This document shows positions 45,999-55,841 of a stretch of DNA of 64,000 bases, piece after piece. The translations under genes were made by a program, and so were the position numbers. The notes beneath the pieces were generated by a model, which searched no databases, had not been told where the DNA came from, and worked only from the letters and a program-made list of their open reading frames with translations. The stretch covers positions 1,240,001 to 1,304,000 of the forward strand of contig NW_027191453.1 in NCBI RefSeq assembly GCF_011745625.1, in the 5' to 3' direction. This DNA is from Cladosporium halotolerans (taxonomy: Eukaryota). Positions within the stretch are counted from its first letter, which is position 1. Every line of letters starts with the position of its first letter.

Positions 45999-48782
45999 AT
46001 GGGTGCACGATTCGACAAGTGGCTCGCTCGGCCGTCCACCTTACACTTCCTACGGCAGCTCATAAGCCCAGATCACCCGCCAGCATTGACGAGACGACCT
46101 CATCCAACCGCCCTACTGAAGCGAAGAGCACGATGCTTTGCGACTGCAATAGCTGCAACACCGCAAGTGGAAGATGTAGTTCATGGAAGCAGGCATCAAG
46201 ATGCCAAGACTCATATTACGCCGGAGACATATCATGAGCAGCGACGGCGCGTCGCAAAAGAGCTGAAATTGCGAATACCGAAGGCGTCGCGTCGCGGTGA
46301 ATCTTTTGAGTCGCCTGCAGAAGTACCTTTGCCAACATCCTACGCCGGAATCCTCTCCCGCGAAGCTCACGTGCGCTTCATATCGTCAACTCGGGGCCTC
46401 CTTGTGGATCATCCAGACAACTTCGCCAATCTTGAGGCTTGGAGCCAAATACTCCAATATCGCGAACGTGTAGATGGGTTCAAAGGAGTTTCTGACGTTT
46501 GGGACGGAATGCGAAGGCGAGGTATCAACTTGCCCGTGGAAGGTGAACTCGCGGGAGTCTTCTGGACAACGTTTCTTCATGCGGCAATCGTGGAGCGCCA
46601 GAACCTGGTGCACAAGCAATTGCTTCGAGAAGTGTACGGACACGCCGAGGATTTGAAGGCTGCTGGGTACGGGCATTATCGCTCGCTGCATAAACTTCTG
46701 GTCGGGAGGTTTCTCCGTGAAACCCCTGGCTCTGTGAAGGACGTTGGCCCGGAATATGAATGGCACTTGCGGTGTCACAACGACGGATTTTGCCCAAAAC
46801 ATGCTCTTGTCGAGTTAGTTGAGGATGTGTTTCAGAGCCGAACAAGGGGTCTTGCATTCAATCGTTTCAGGAAGATTTACAAGGATCATGGAGAGCGAAA
46901 TTTGTACGACCTGTGCATGCCGTTGGTATTCAAGCATGCAGCAAACGATGAACCTACCATCATCCGGTGGCACAATTTCTTCGTTTGGCATAAGGACATG
47001 CCGAGCACAGACATGCAGACCTATCGATCTATTCAGTACCTCCTTGGCTCGCAAAAGCTGAAGCACCGCATCGAACCAGGCGACTTGGCCAACGCGTTTG
47101 CGGCTGACCGAGGCGATCCAGCCAAGTCAATATATCCTTCCCTTTCCAGGGCGTCGATGAACAGTTTGGTGGGGGATGTACACGGTATCAAGCCCAAGGC
47201 CATCAGCGACAAGTTTTGCGCGCGCATGTTCGCTACGCATGCGTTCCCGCTCGAGGCAATCATACGAGGCATTGCAATGCTCGGGACGGAGGCTCTGGGA
47301 CCGACCGCAATGCGTGAGCTGGCTGTTCGATCTGCTTCACTTGAAACGTTCAAAAAGAGACTGGCTGATGTTCAGGATGCGGGGATGGAAATCGTACCTT
47401 CAATTTACACCCGACTTCTGACTCAAGTTGCGAATAATTCGCAGCATGAATTATTCCAAGCCTTACTCAACAGCGACCAACACCCGGAGAGTTATGACGA
47501 CCAACACATGCAGGAGGCTCTTCTTACTGAGTTTCTGGAATCCGAAAATCTGGAGCAGGCTCACTTGACGCTTATGGGTCTCTCTCAAGCAGATTTCGAA
47601 ATGGCGGATCGAGCGTGGAATCGCCTTTTTCAGCATTACATCCAGTGTCAAGACCACGCCGAGATCGTCCGAATCTTTAATCAAATGTGCTCGGAACAGA
47701 TGGAAATATCACGCCGAACTCTCAACTTCCTGACGAAATACTTGCTGGCAGAGCGTTCGCCCGGCAAGCGGCCAATGGTTTCAAGTAGATCGCCCGATGG
47801 AGCTTTCGTCAGCATCGATTTCGTAACTAATGCGCATATGTATGCCGTCGAACGTGGGACGACGATACACCCAACACGCTGGATCGAGATATTGAAGCGA
47901 TACGGCATGTCTGGCAATATCAATGGCCTTGCGCGTTTAGCGCCCTGGCTCGCCGAAAAATATCCGGCACATCACAAGGACGTCTACTACACTCATAATG
48001 GCAACAAGCTTCGTCGCGAGATCTCCAAAAAGTCACCTCAAGCCTTCATCCTGAACCCTGTTATGTTGAGGGCATTCGTGTTATGGGGCTTTAAGCACGC
48101 CGCCGCTCGCGACAAGCTTCAAATTCAAAATATCGGCGGGGCGGTCGCGGCATCATTCGGCGTCCATGAGCTGTGGGCACGAGGTCTCGTGCTTTTGTTA
48201 CAATTGAAAGGACTCGGAGTACACGTCCAGACTGTCAATGTTCGGCGAGCTCTGGAAGAAATTTTGTGGATACTATTTGGACCGGCGGTGACAAAGCGCA
48301 ATGATAACTTGGAAGCTATGCGGAACAACAAGCTAACCCTCGAGCATTACATCGAGCACGCAAACGAGCTCTGGGACGAACCTATCTTTGATATTGCCCC
48401 AGATATTGTTGTCGACAGGTCGCCTGAAGGGAAGGCAAGGTTGCTCAGCGCAGTCTTTGGAAGGCAACGTCTTGCAGATCAAAAAACCGGAACTTGGGTC
48501 GACGTCGACGCGTGGGCTGCTGCTCAAAGTCAAGGCTACTGGCACCAAACACCTCCGTTCAGGAAAGCGCGTTCTCGCGTTTGGAGCAGAAGTCCATTCC
48601 AATTTACTGATGGTATGACGAGGAACCAACGGCGATCTGCTCGCCTCCATAGGCCGCGCAGGGAAGGAGACACTCTGCTTCCTGTCGGCCAAGCCCTCAC
48701 TCCACAGCATCAATCGCCCGCTGCTCCGCCATTGAGTTTGTATCGGCCACCCAATCAGCCAGATATTCCGGAAGAAACTTGA
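45999..48782 (+). CDS. Mitochondrial pentatricopeptide-repeat-like protein
   Basis: 927-aa ORF. Arg-rich presequence-like N-terminus (RRARCFATA). Helical-repeat segments such as AWNRLFQHYIQCQDHAEIVRIFNQMCSEQM and WIEILKRYGMSGNINGLARL. Confidence 0.75.
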   Translation: MGARFDKWLARPSTLHFLRQLISPDHPPALTRRPHPTALLKRRARCFATAIAATPQVEDVVHGSRHQDAKTHITPETYHEQRRRVAKELKLRIPKASRRGESFESPAEVPLPTSYAGILSREAHVRFISSTRGLLVDHPDNFANLEAWSQILQYRERVDGFKGVSDVWDGMRRRGINLPVEGELAGVFWTTFLHAAIVERQNLVHKQLLREVYGHAEDLKAAGYGHYRSLHKLLVGRFLRETPGSVKDVGPEYEWHLRCHNDGFCPKHALVELVEDVFQSRTRGLAFNRFRKIYKDHGERNLYDLCMPLVFKHAANDEPTIIRWHNFFVWHKDMPSTDMQTYRSIQYLLGSQKLKHRIEPGDLANAFAADRGDPAKSIYPSLSRASMNSLVGDVHGIKPKAISDKFCARMFATHAFPLEAIIRGIAMLGTEALGPTAMRELAVRSASLETFKKRLADVQDAGMEIVPSIYTRLLTQVANNSQHELFQALLNSDQHPESYDDQHMQEALLTEFLESENLEQAHLTLMGLSQADFEMADRAWNRLFQHYIQCQDHAEIVRIFNQMCSEQMEISRRTLNFLTKYLLAERSPGKRPMVSSRSPDGAFVSIDFVTNAHMYAVERGTTIHPTRWIEILKRYGMSGNINGLARLAPWLAEKYPAHHKDVYYTHNGNKLRREISKKSPQAFILNPVMLRAFVLWGFKHAAARDKLQIQNIGGAVAASFGVHELWARGLVLLLQLKGLGVHVQTVNVRRALEEILWILFGPAVTKRNDNLEAMRNNKLTLEHYIEHANELWDEPIFDIAPDIVVDRSPEGKARLLSAVFGRQRLADQKTGTWVDVDAWAAAQSQGYWHQTPPFRKARSRVWSRSPFQFTDGMTRNQRRSARLHRPRREGDTLLPVGQALTPQHQSPAAPPLSLYRPPNQPDIPEET

Positions 48783-49568
48783 CTTTGTTGTTCGCACCCG
48801 CTATCGGCTCGCCCAGTGTCTGGTATGCAGGGACTACGCCAACCCACGTCTTGCCGGACAACTCTGCATCCTGCAGGTCAGCCTTCTCATCGCACGGCCC
48901 GCCGGTCCTCACTTTCGCCGACGCCGTCTCAATCCGTATCTTCAGAACCCCCGTCGCAGTGATCTCTGCTTTCGACGGCGGATGTCGACTATTCTCCCAC
49001 CGCTGCGGCATCGCCTCATTCGTGATTAGCCGCATCGCCCAGACCGCTTCCTCGGGGTCTTCCACTACGCTCCCGAACCCGAATACCACCGCGCTCCGGT
49101 AATTGCAGCTGTTGTTGAACGGCGCCAGGCTCAGCACGTACCCGTATAGGATCGTCGCCGCTACGCACAGCGGCGCTTCGCCGCCTCCGGGTGTCAGCTT
49201 GAACAGCCGCGCGGCGGCGGAACCATGCACGTAGATGTGCGGCTCGGTGTCGCGGGTGTAGGTGGCGACGGAGCCGAGCATTGGCAGGATAGTCGGGAAT
49301 TGTGGCCCTTCTTGCGGAGGGGCGTTGAAGGATACGTGTAGGATTGGGCATTCGGTTATGATGCTGTGGATGAGCTCTTTGTCGTAGTTGGCTTTTGGGG
49401 AGGAGAGTTGGTTAGCGACTGGCGGAGCACAATGACGATGTATTATATGTGTATGTATATGTTTGGGTATGTTACGTGTAAATTAAAGCGTGTCAAGGCG
49501 GGTGACGTACCGCGTTTATTATATCTGTTCAGTTTGTTCAAGCCGGTCTCCGCTGCGTATTGCGCCAT
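48697..49568 (-). CDS. Flavin-nucleotide-binding protein (pyridoxamine 5'-phosphate oxidase-like / NimA family); 2 exons
   Basis: Exon 1 49568-49511. Intron 49510-49392 (GTACGT...GCTAAC...AAG). Exon 2 49391-48697. Motifs RANYD...ILHVSF, PTILPM, IYVHGS, NSCNYRSAVVFG, SAKVRTGGP, WVGVVP. Confidence 0.88.
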
Positions 49569-49996
49569 TGCGTTCAGTGTGAGGTCAGTGAGGTGAAAAG
49601 AGTGGATAGAAGATTAGCTCCATTGCTCGTCCTCGTGTTCGCCATCTTATAACTTCGGCACATGAGCTGTCGAAGGCATGGAGTCAAGCAAGCAGGTACC
49701 TCTGAATGCAAGGCGAGAGATATCGCTTGGAATTGCTGCATTCAGAAGTGATGGGCCTCGTGCCTGCATGCTGACCATTCGCGAGGTGGTAGCTCTGCTT
49801 GCACCCCGCAAACCCTATGCACATTTCAAGACAGGGCGTGTTGAGCTTAACCGAGAGGAGGGATCACATCGTCAATCGATGTGATGTCAGTCCTCATGTA
49901 TTCTCTGAAATTCTACGTTTACATCTATCTTCTCTTCTTATATATATCCAGCAACGTTGCTTTGCCAACGTTACCGTCCGCTTTTCATAGGCCCAC

Positions 49997-52045
49997 TCAA
50001 GACGAGGCCTCATTGTACCCAATGCCCAGGCCAACCGGGCAATTCGGCATATCCGCTTGCCAGTCACTGCTCGTCTGCGCGTAAACCGACAAATATGTGT
50101 TAGTCGTAAAGGTGGGTGGCAGATAGTACTGCACATCAGCTTCCGTGTACGAGCCTCCCAAGACGCCCAACACATCAAGCACGTCCTGCTGGATGAAGTC
50201 GATGAAGACGAAGTCGACCGTCGCCGGGAGACTGCCGTTTGTCGGGAACGTGCTGTTGGCGCCGAAGTACTGTGGGTTCTTGTACGATGGGATCGCGCTG
50301 TGCACGGTGTCGTCGCCGTCGGAGCCGAAGTCGTCTTTTGTCACGTAGCCAGGAGTGACGCCGGTGTTCTGGCGGCGGACGATGCGGCCCAGAGAGTGCT
50401 TTTGCTTGCTGTGGCTGTGGAAGACGCCGGGGTCGGTGCAGGCGTCTGCGCTTGATTCGAGAGAAGGGTTGTAGAAGCCGAAGTCGCGGGTCTCGAGATA
50501 GCGCTTGCCGAAGAAGCTACCGTTATTGAGGATTTCCAAGACGTTGCCCGCTAGTTCGTACGGGACGTCGGAAATGTATTGGAAGGCATTGTCGAATGGC
50601 GAGACGATGAAGCTGTCATCAAATGTGAACGGTCCTTTAGGGAGGTCAAAGCGGACACTTCCGGTGTTCAAGGTAAGAACACGGGCGTTCTCTTTTCTCG
50701 TATCATTGACAACGACAGTTGAAACAGCGTCTTGGAGTAGACTGTAGATGCTGCCTTCAGAAAGGAAGGGAACGCAAGAGACACACCAAGTTTGAGGAGC
50801 ACAACCATAGAGCTTTGTCAAGTTCAGACTTTGCCGGAAGCTTTGGATATCTTTGGTGATATTCAGTCCACGTGGAGTGTCCAGAGCTTTGGCCTGGCTG
50901 CCTGTAGCATGATACTCGAAAGTGAGGCGGTTCCAATCGAGGTAGCGACGCGAGTAACGCAAACCCGTGTTGTCAGTGTAAGATTCCGGGGCCGTAGAGT
51001 TGCTGCTCGTAACATTGACTGCCGGGCGTGATGGGTTGGTCACGCCCGTAGGCTCGTTGGCCCCAGTGTATGTGTCACTGCTCACTCCGCTCATAGAAAG
51101 CCAGCCAAGCGTCTCGCAGTAGCGGCCAGAGCCAAGGGCCGTGCACTTGTCGTCATAGACGGCAAAGTCACGGATGTGGTTGTGCCCGCCGAAGATTTGG
51201 ATTGGAGTATTCGGCTTGACTGCACGGATGGCCTTATGGACGGTACTGAAAGTAGAGCTGGAGATAGTCGGTCTGGCGGGATTGTGTCCAATTAGGAGGT
51301 ACAAATCCACTGGGTCGTCGCAGTGCAATGCATCGTGGAACCAAGTTTGATTCACCATCTCTGATGCTGGGATGACTTTGCTAGCGTTGCTGTTCCCAGT
51401 AAAGTCGAACAGGACTCCAAAAGCCATGATGCGCAAGCCGTGTTCGGTCGTGAAGTACCGATGTGTGACACCGAGATATTCGAACTCCGAGGTAACAGGA
51501 TTGTACACTTGTACATTGGAAGAGACGTATCGGTCTCCATATCTGCGACTGAAGTTGTAGAAGTGCTCGTACGTGACTTCTGCCTCGTAGAGCTCGTGAT
51601 TTCCGGGAGTGAGAACGTCGTAGTCGATCTCCTCAAACAGCTCATTGCTGTCAAGGCCGTTGGGGTGGGTCGCATCACTGAGTCCGGCTCCATCATGGAG
51701 ATCGCCAGAGTCGACCAGCAGCAAGTCGACGTCGTACGCCTTGGCTTTAGCGCGCATGTGCTTCACGAACGATGCGTAGTCGCCCCAGTCGGCGCCGTAG
51801 TTTTGTTCTTTCAGGTGACCCTCCAGCCAGCCGTGAGTGTCTGTGGTGTGCAAGAAGTTAATCTGACCCCATTCGAGAGGAGCGCTCGGCCTGGAATTGG
51901 CATTGAGAGCCTCCGGTTGCATTCGGCGTACATTCCTGGTCAGAACAACATCACGCTCGGGATGTTCGCAGCTCTCGCAGGCATGGGCTGCGGCGCAGAG
52001 GCCGCTGAGAGCCACAGCCACAGACGACAAGGCCTTGCCGAGCAT
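49997..52045 (-). CDS. Secreted calcineurin-like metallophosphoesterase / 5'-nucleotidase family protein
   Basis: 682-aa ORF. Signal-peptide-like N-terminus. Motifs HTTDTHGW, DSGDLHDG, GNHELY, IGH, FGGHNHIRD, GRYCETLGW. Confidence 0.9.
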   Translation of the reverse strand: MLGKALSSVAVALSGLCAAAHACESCEHPERDVVLTRNVRRMQPEALNANSRPSAPLEWGQINFLHTTDTHGWLEGHLKEQNYGADWGDYASFVKHMRAKAKAYDVDLLLVDSGDLHDGAGLSDATHPNGLDSNELFEEIDYDVLTPGNHELYEAEVTYEHFYNFSRRYGDRYVSSNVQVYNPVTSEFEYLGVTHRYFTTEHGLRIMAFGVLFDFTGNSNASKVIPASEMVNQTWFHDALHCDDPVDLYLLIGHNPARPTISSSTFSTVHKAIRAVKPNTPIQIFGGHNHIRDFAVYDDKCTALGSGRYCETLGWLSMSGVSSDTYTGANEPTGVTNPSRPAVNVTSSNSTAPESYTDNTGLRYSRRYLDWNRLTFEYHATGSQAKALDTPRGLNITKDIQSFRQSLNLTKLYGCAPQTWCVSCVPFLSEGSIYSLLQDAVSTVVVNDTRKENARVLTLNTGSVRFDLPKGPFTFDDSFIVSPFDNAFQYISDVPYELAGNVLEILNNGSFFGKRYLETRDFGFYNPSLESSADACTDPGVFHSHSKQKHSLGRIVRRQNTGVTPGYVTKDDFGSDGDDTVHSAIPSYKNPQYFGANSTFPTNGSLPATVDFVFIDFIQQDVLDVLGVLGGSYTEADVQYYLPPTFTTNTYLSVYAQTSSDWQADMPNCPVGLGIGYNEASS

Positions 52046-52971
52046 CGTCGCTGGAACAGTAGAGGGGGATGATCAGAGGAAATCACGAGGGCAGCAGGGC
52101 AAATACAGATCTATTGTACCATGAGGCGTTCCGTCTCAGGCGGCTTAAACGGCAGTAAGAATCGAGTAGCGTCAAAATGGGCCTCATTGCGGCGATGGTC
52201 GAGAGGCATATATAAACGATTCGTGTGCGCATTGGACGTCTCAGAAACGTTATCTCGCCGCACGTGTGCAATTGAGTTGAACGAGGTGTGGAGACTTTTG
52301 GGGGAAATCAAGCTTCTGGCCGGCAATCTCAGGGTTCGCCCGCACGCTTGGCGTGCTTGTGTTGCCGTGCCGTGCGCGAGGGCAGCCTCCTTCCTCTCTC
52401 GACTAGATCTCCAGGATCTGTCGTGTCTGTGCTGTGAGGGCTTCACGTGTTTCGCCTTCGTCCCTGGCTTTATTCGTCCGCGGCTAGACTCGCCCACGTG
52501 TCTCGCGTGTACCATATCTCGATTCACAGAGCGACAGAACGCACGAGCGCTGGGGGCGTGCCTGGAGGCACGAGTTATCGGCTCTGGCGCACAATGACGC
52601 TGCTCTCGATCGTCAGTCATACTTGGTCCCTCGGCGTGTGCGACTCTAATCGCTTTGTTTTGCACTGGTGTATTATCGCGCTGGAGCTCTGTCATGCCCA
52701 TGCCAGCCGTGCAAGCAGCCAAAGGTCCGGTCAATCTGATTTAGCGGTGTGCGTATCGCATTCTTCTTTTGGACAAAGGGCAGAGCAGATCTTCTTAATG
52801 GCATGATCTGCTGAGATCGCACCCAGTGCGTCAACGCTTGAAGCACTTCCCAGGGAAAGACCGAAGAGACAGATTTGTACCATATAAGAGTGCATTCTTT
52901 GCAATCAGTGAGACAGTCTGCATTTCCCAAACCGAGATATCTCACTTTTCAACGGAAATCACGCCATCTTC

Positions 52972-53620
52972 ATGACTTCCATGGCCTCTGATGGGGCCCC
53001 GTCCGCAGCTTTCTCTGCGAGTGATGCGATCACGAACGTCAAAAACATCACGAAAGATCTGTCTACTGCGCGAGACGGCATGGCAAATATGAAACCAGTA
53101 GATCCAACGAGCGCTCTGATAAGCTGGGCAAGCCAAGGATATATTACAAGAGTCCTATTGATGATCTGTCTAGACAGCTATACACCACTTTCGCGACGCA
53201 GTATCTGGCGAGGCTGCCGCTGTAAAAGCATTCACTGCAGACGAGTCATAGCGAAAAGGAGCAGCAGATTCTCTGCGAAGTCTACTTGGAGGTAAGGATG
53301 CTCCGGCTCAAGCGGCAATGATCTAGTCACTCATTTGTATGCAGACTTCTAGGGTCCACCCAGATCTCTTGAACTTCCTCGGTGCTATTGATGCTAGGAG
53401 AAACTCTGTCAGGTACACTGCTCTCGCCGTACCGCTGACGAGTGTCTTGAGGAATGATAAGAGCGCTTCTAAGGCTCTGGGCTGGGGGCAGAGGACGGGA
53501 CGTATCAGATTGGAGGCGGACGCAGATGGCCGGCTCCTCGTGCAATGTATGCATTATCTTAAGGAATTCGATTCCCAACGTTCTTTGATCTTGCAATACT
53601 CGGTTTGCGATCCAACGGGG
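52972..53620 (+). pseudogene. Probable disrupted gene, weakly UVI-1-like
   Basis: Putative exons 52972-53127, 53174-53291 and 53345 onward, with introns GC..TAG (53128-53173) and GTAAGG..CAG (53292-53344). Exon 2 needs a frameshift near the TAG at 53249. End coordinate is approximate. Confidence 0.3.
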
Positions 53621-53717
53621 TCACCGACACGACGCTCGAACACAAAGTCGTGCAAGTTCCATATTTCGGCTAATGAGCTATTGTTGCACGCCAATACGTA
53701 CTTCCATGGGATATCTC

Positions 53718-55442
53718 TTACTTCTTGCCTCTACCTTTTTGGTTCACCAATTTCTTCTTCAAATGCTTCGGCATCTTTGTCGCCCTCTTCTCCCGCTTCT
53801 CGTCCTTCACTAGTGCCTTGTGAGCCTTCTTCGCCTCCTTGTCCTCAAACCGCTTGCCTCTAGGTCTCTCGTCGCCATGACGCTTGCCTCTGCGCTCTGA
53901 AGGATCGACCGGGTCGCCGTTTTCGTCGAGCTCAGGCTCGCTGTCATCCTCGTCGTCCGAAGTGCTGCCCTCAGCTTCCTCATCCCCTCCCGACCCAGCA
54001 GCACCGTCTTCTTCAGGCTTGCTCTGAGCGAGTAGATCTTTGTAAACGAGCGACTCGCCCTGACCCTTTGCCAGCCTGTCGACGTCACGCTCGATATCGT
54101 ACACCTGCTCCAGTGTCTGCGGGATGTATTGCTGCCTGAAGACTGTGTCGTCCATCTCCGCTTCGCGCTCGTCCACCTCCTCGCCGTTCTGCGCTTTCGC
54201 CTCATACAGCTTCTCCACTGCCTCACGCATGCCATCCATCTCCTTGCTGCCACCGCTCGCCGTCACGAAACCAAAGATCGCGCGTTCGGACAGCGTCTCG
54301 ACACCCTTGCGCTTGAAGAAGTCGCTGACGTTCTTGATGTCCATTCGCAGGAACTCCAGCGACCGCGGGTGGTCGTGCTCCACACTCTGGCTGACGTCGA
54401 TCATGATCAGCTGGCCCTTGTGGTAGAGCAGGTTGTACTCGCTCAAGTCCGCGTGCACCAGGTGGCAAACCTGGTACATGATGCGCATGTAGCTCAGCAG
54501 CTGGATATAGACGTCCCGCCACTTCAGCGCGATCTCCTCCGGTGTGTCGGCATCGAACTCGAAGTCGCGAAGGCGGGGCGCAGGCCAGCCTTTGTTGTTG
54601 CCCAGAAAGCTCATCACGAGCACATGGGCTTTGAGGTAGACCGGTTCCGGGCACGGAATGCCGGCAGCGTGGATGCGGCGCAAGTTGCGGTATTCCTTCT
54701 CCGCCCAGACTTTGACCATGGCGCGGTTCGAGGACTTGGTGTAGCCCTGCTTGAAGCGGAACTCGCCCGCGACGTACTTTTCCCTGTCCTTGAAGACCAT
54801 GATGCTGGTCTTGTACACTTTGATCGCGCGGTGGAGGGGCGTTACAGGTGCTTCGCCCTCGGCTTGAGGGATCGTCGCGGCGTGGTAGACGTTTGCTTCC
54901 TTGCCGGTGGAGATGACACCGTTGATCTCGCTGACGATATTGCGGTTGAGCATCTGGAGGAGCAGCATGCGGGTTCGCGGATCTAACACCTGCTCGCTGG
55001 TGGCACGATCACTTTTCTCTGCGCCGCCTTGGCTCTTGCCACCCAGGCCTGCTTCCACATGGCTGAGCTTGAGCTTCGCGGTATGTGCTGAGAGCGTTTT
55101 GACGTGGTCGTCGACAGCCGATCGCGTATTCAGCTGAGGGTTTGCTTTAGGCTTTTGGGACTCTGGAATCGTCGAGTCGTTCAATTTTCGTTGGCGATTG
55201 TAGGTTTTCGTGAAGTCGGAAGAATTCGATGCCCCCAGATCCGTATCCGATAATTCATCCTCGGAGGGCTCAAATAGATCATCGTAGTCTTCGTCCTGAT
55301 CGTAGTCTTCGTTGAATAGTTGATCATTCTCGGAGGACTCTGGCTTTGTGTTTTCATCTTGTGATTTTGCGTAGCCCTCATTTTCCACAAAGGTGTGTGG
55401 CGGCTGCAGGCCGGCGGCAGGGCTTTGCGTAGAATCCGCCAT
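53718..55442 (-). CDS. RIO1: Atypical kinase Rio1 (40S ribosome maturation)
   Basis: DRATSEQVLDPRT, ISTGKEANVYH, AIKVYKTSI, WAEKEYRNL, LVHADLSEYNLL, IDVSQSVEHDHP, acidic and lysine-rich tail. First ATG at 55442. Confidence 0.96.
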   Translation of the reverse strand: MADSTQSPAAGLQPPHTFVENEGYAKSQDENTKPESSENDQLFNEDYDQDEDYDDLFEPSEDELSDTDLGASNSSDFTKTYNRQRKLNDSTIPESQKPKANPQLNTRSAVDDHVKTLSAHTAKLKLSHVEAGLGGKSQGGAEKSDRATSEQVLDPRTRMLLLQMLNRNIVSEINGVISTGKEANVYHAATIPQAEGEAPVTPLHRAIKVYKTSIMVFKDREKYVAGEFRFKQGYTKSSNRAMVKVWAEKEYRNLRRIHAAGIPCPEPVYLKAHVLVMSFLGNNKGWPAPRLRDFEFDADTPEEIALKWRDVYIQLLSYMRIMYQVCHLVHADLSEYNLLYHKGQLIMIDVSQSVEHDHPRSLEFLRMDIKNVSDFFKRKGVETLSERAIFGFVTASGGSKEMDGMREAVEKLYEAKAQNGEEVDEREAEMDDTVFRQQYIPQTLEQVYDIERDVDRLAKGQGESLVYKDLLAQSKPEEDGAAGSGGDEEAEGSTSDDEDDSEPELDENGDPVDPSERRGKRHGDERPRGKRFEDKEAKKAHKALVKDEKREKRATKMPKHLKKKLVNQKGRGKK

Positions 55443-55841
55443 ATTGCGATTTCGTGCAGTGACCGGACTACGTGGCAGATCAGTAGTCGTCGTGGCCACT
55501 CAGATTCTTCCTCAAAGACTCCCAGTCCTAAGCTCAGTTAGGATGCCAAAGAATGTGCGTCGACCGATTTTACGGACTTGTTCTGTGACACACCTCGATG
55601 AACGCACGGGCAGAAACTTTGCGTGCAGAACGTGGAGTTGCTGCGGGTCGCGTCAAGGGTCTGGCACGCCTGGCGCGCGCTTGGGCGGCACTCCCGCTCC
55701 TGCCTGACTGGCTGTCGACCACCCCACTCCCACTTCATCCGACCTTCCATACAATGCAATCATCGACCACCAGCCCGCCTCAATGCCTCGATTACCTGTG
55801 CTTCCCTCCCTCGACTCTCACCACGATCGCCGTGGCAGACG

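Noticed and set aside
49608..49618. AGAAGATTAGC, matching part of U6 snRNA
   Set aside because: No ACAGAGA box or other U6 sequence. It lies in the 5' leader of the FMN-binding gene.
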